In this document: piece after piece, positions 63,545-64,000 of the stretch
How positions within the stretch are numbered: position 1 is the stretch's first letter
Layout of the letters: each line of letters starts with the position of its first letter
Origin: Pseudomonadota bacterium
GTDB taxonomy: Bacteria > Pseudomonadota > Alphaproteobacteria > UBA8366
Length of the DNA: 64,000 nt
Direction of reading: 5' to 3'
Assembly (NCBI GenBank): GCA_036337155.1
Contig: JAYZET010000010.1
Location: 85,630-149,629 of the forward strand
Program-made: the position numbers and the translations under genes
The notes under the pieces: model-generated
The model's input: the letters and a program-made list of their open reading frames with translations, nothing else
Told to the model about the DNA's origin: nothing
Database searches by the model: none

Positions 63545-64000
63545 TGAACGTTGCAGCTTTGCCAGTTGGTTTTGCGATAGCGGCTTTTCTGCTTACGACT
63601 ACCTTGGCTGCACAGGAAAGTGTTAATGTCCGTGGCGGCGGCCATTCTAAGTTCGGACGTCTTGTCTTCGATTGGCCGAAAAAAGTCGGGTACGATGCAA
63701 AAATTTCTGGCCGCAATCTGATTGTGCGTTTCGATCGGCCACTGCGAACTGATTTCGACCCTGCTATTGGGGCTCTATATGATTATGTGAGCGCCGCTAT
63801 GCTTTCTTCTGACAATCGTACCGCTTCGGTTCGCCTGAAAGGTGATTTTGCCTTACGTAGTTTTGTGGATGACAATTCGATCGTAATCGACATTTTTCGC
63901 AAGAAAGACGTGCTGACCCAAACGGCTGGTGACGCCATTGGTCAAACCCTTAGCGTGCGTAAGGGGCAGCACAAAAATTACGACCGATTGGTGTTCGATT
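63544..64000 (+). CDS. exported protein with internal repeat, partial (continues beyond window end)
   Basis: Not in the track because it is edge-truncated. Its ATG overlaps the motB stop (TGATG). My translation reads MNVAALPVGFAIAAFLLTTTLAAQESVNVRGGGHSKFGRLVFDW...LSVRKGQHKNYDRLVFD. It shows a signal peptide and a repeated VR.G.H..[FY].RLVFD module. Confidence 0.5.
   Translation, partial: MNVAALPVGFAIAAFLLTTTLAAQESVNVRGGGHSKFGRLVFDWPKKVGYDAKISGRNLIVRFDRPLRTDFDPAIGALYDYVSAAMLSSDNRTASVRLKGDFALRSFVDDNSIVIDIFRKKDVLTQTAGDAIGQTLSVRKGQHKNYDRLVFD

Overview
This 64-kb window looks like an alphaproteobacterial chromosome: about 50% GC in coding DNA with AT-rich spacers. All protein-family calls are made by eye from motifs and remembered family signatures; no searches were run.

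Layout:
- 1-9.9 kb is housekeeping: a partial alpha/beta hydrolase, an ArgE-like M20 deacetylase, a ThrC-like PLP enzyme, an N-formylglutamate-amidohydrolase-like gene, NAD kinase, an NTF2-like protein, and the molybdenum-cofactor genes moaA, fdhD and mobA plus a DUF364-like gene.
- 10.3-64 kb is one continuous flagellar supercluster:
  - fliI-fliJ.
  - An 11-kb minus-strand operon, fliF-fliH-fliN-motA-flbD-flhA-flhF. It has no fliG and no flhG. It ends instead in a second FliK-C-like repeat protein and a QueF-like T-fold protein whose catalytic Cys position reads Ser.
  - The hook operon fliK-flgD-flgE, then flaG.
  - A 19-kb flagellin-modification island (28.9-48.1 kb), described below.
  - flgI-flgJ(rod-binding)-flgN-like-flgK-flgL, fliX, dksA, flgF-flgG-flgA-flgH, and fliL-fliM plus two accessory genes.
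  - A degenerate MotB paralog followed by motB.

The island carries five TPR-fused glycosyltransferases (three SPY/OGT GT41-like, two GT9-like). It also carries a DegT aminotransferase, WbqC, a NeuD-type acetyltransferase, a beta-propeller GH-like protein, a PhyH dioxygenase and a HAD hydrolase. These surround two tandem short flagellins and flbT-flaF.

Regulation is readable directly from the sequence. Seven sigma-54 promoters (TGGCA[CT]-N5-xxGCx) precede fliK, flaG, both flagellins, flgI and flgF. Each has a GGCA-N5-TGCC dyad, exact or near-exact, about 80-110 bp upstream. An isolated perfect 21-bp version of the dyad sits upstream of fliF.

I saw no rRNA, tRNA, CRISPR array, transposase or integrase.

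The leads most worth follow-up are the multi-glycosyltransferase flagellin-modification island, the flhF-linked gene pair, and the promoter/dyad regulon architecture.
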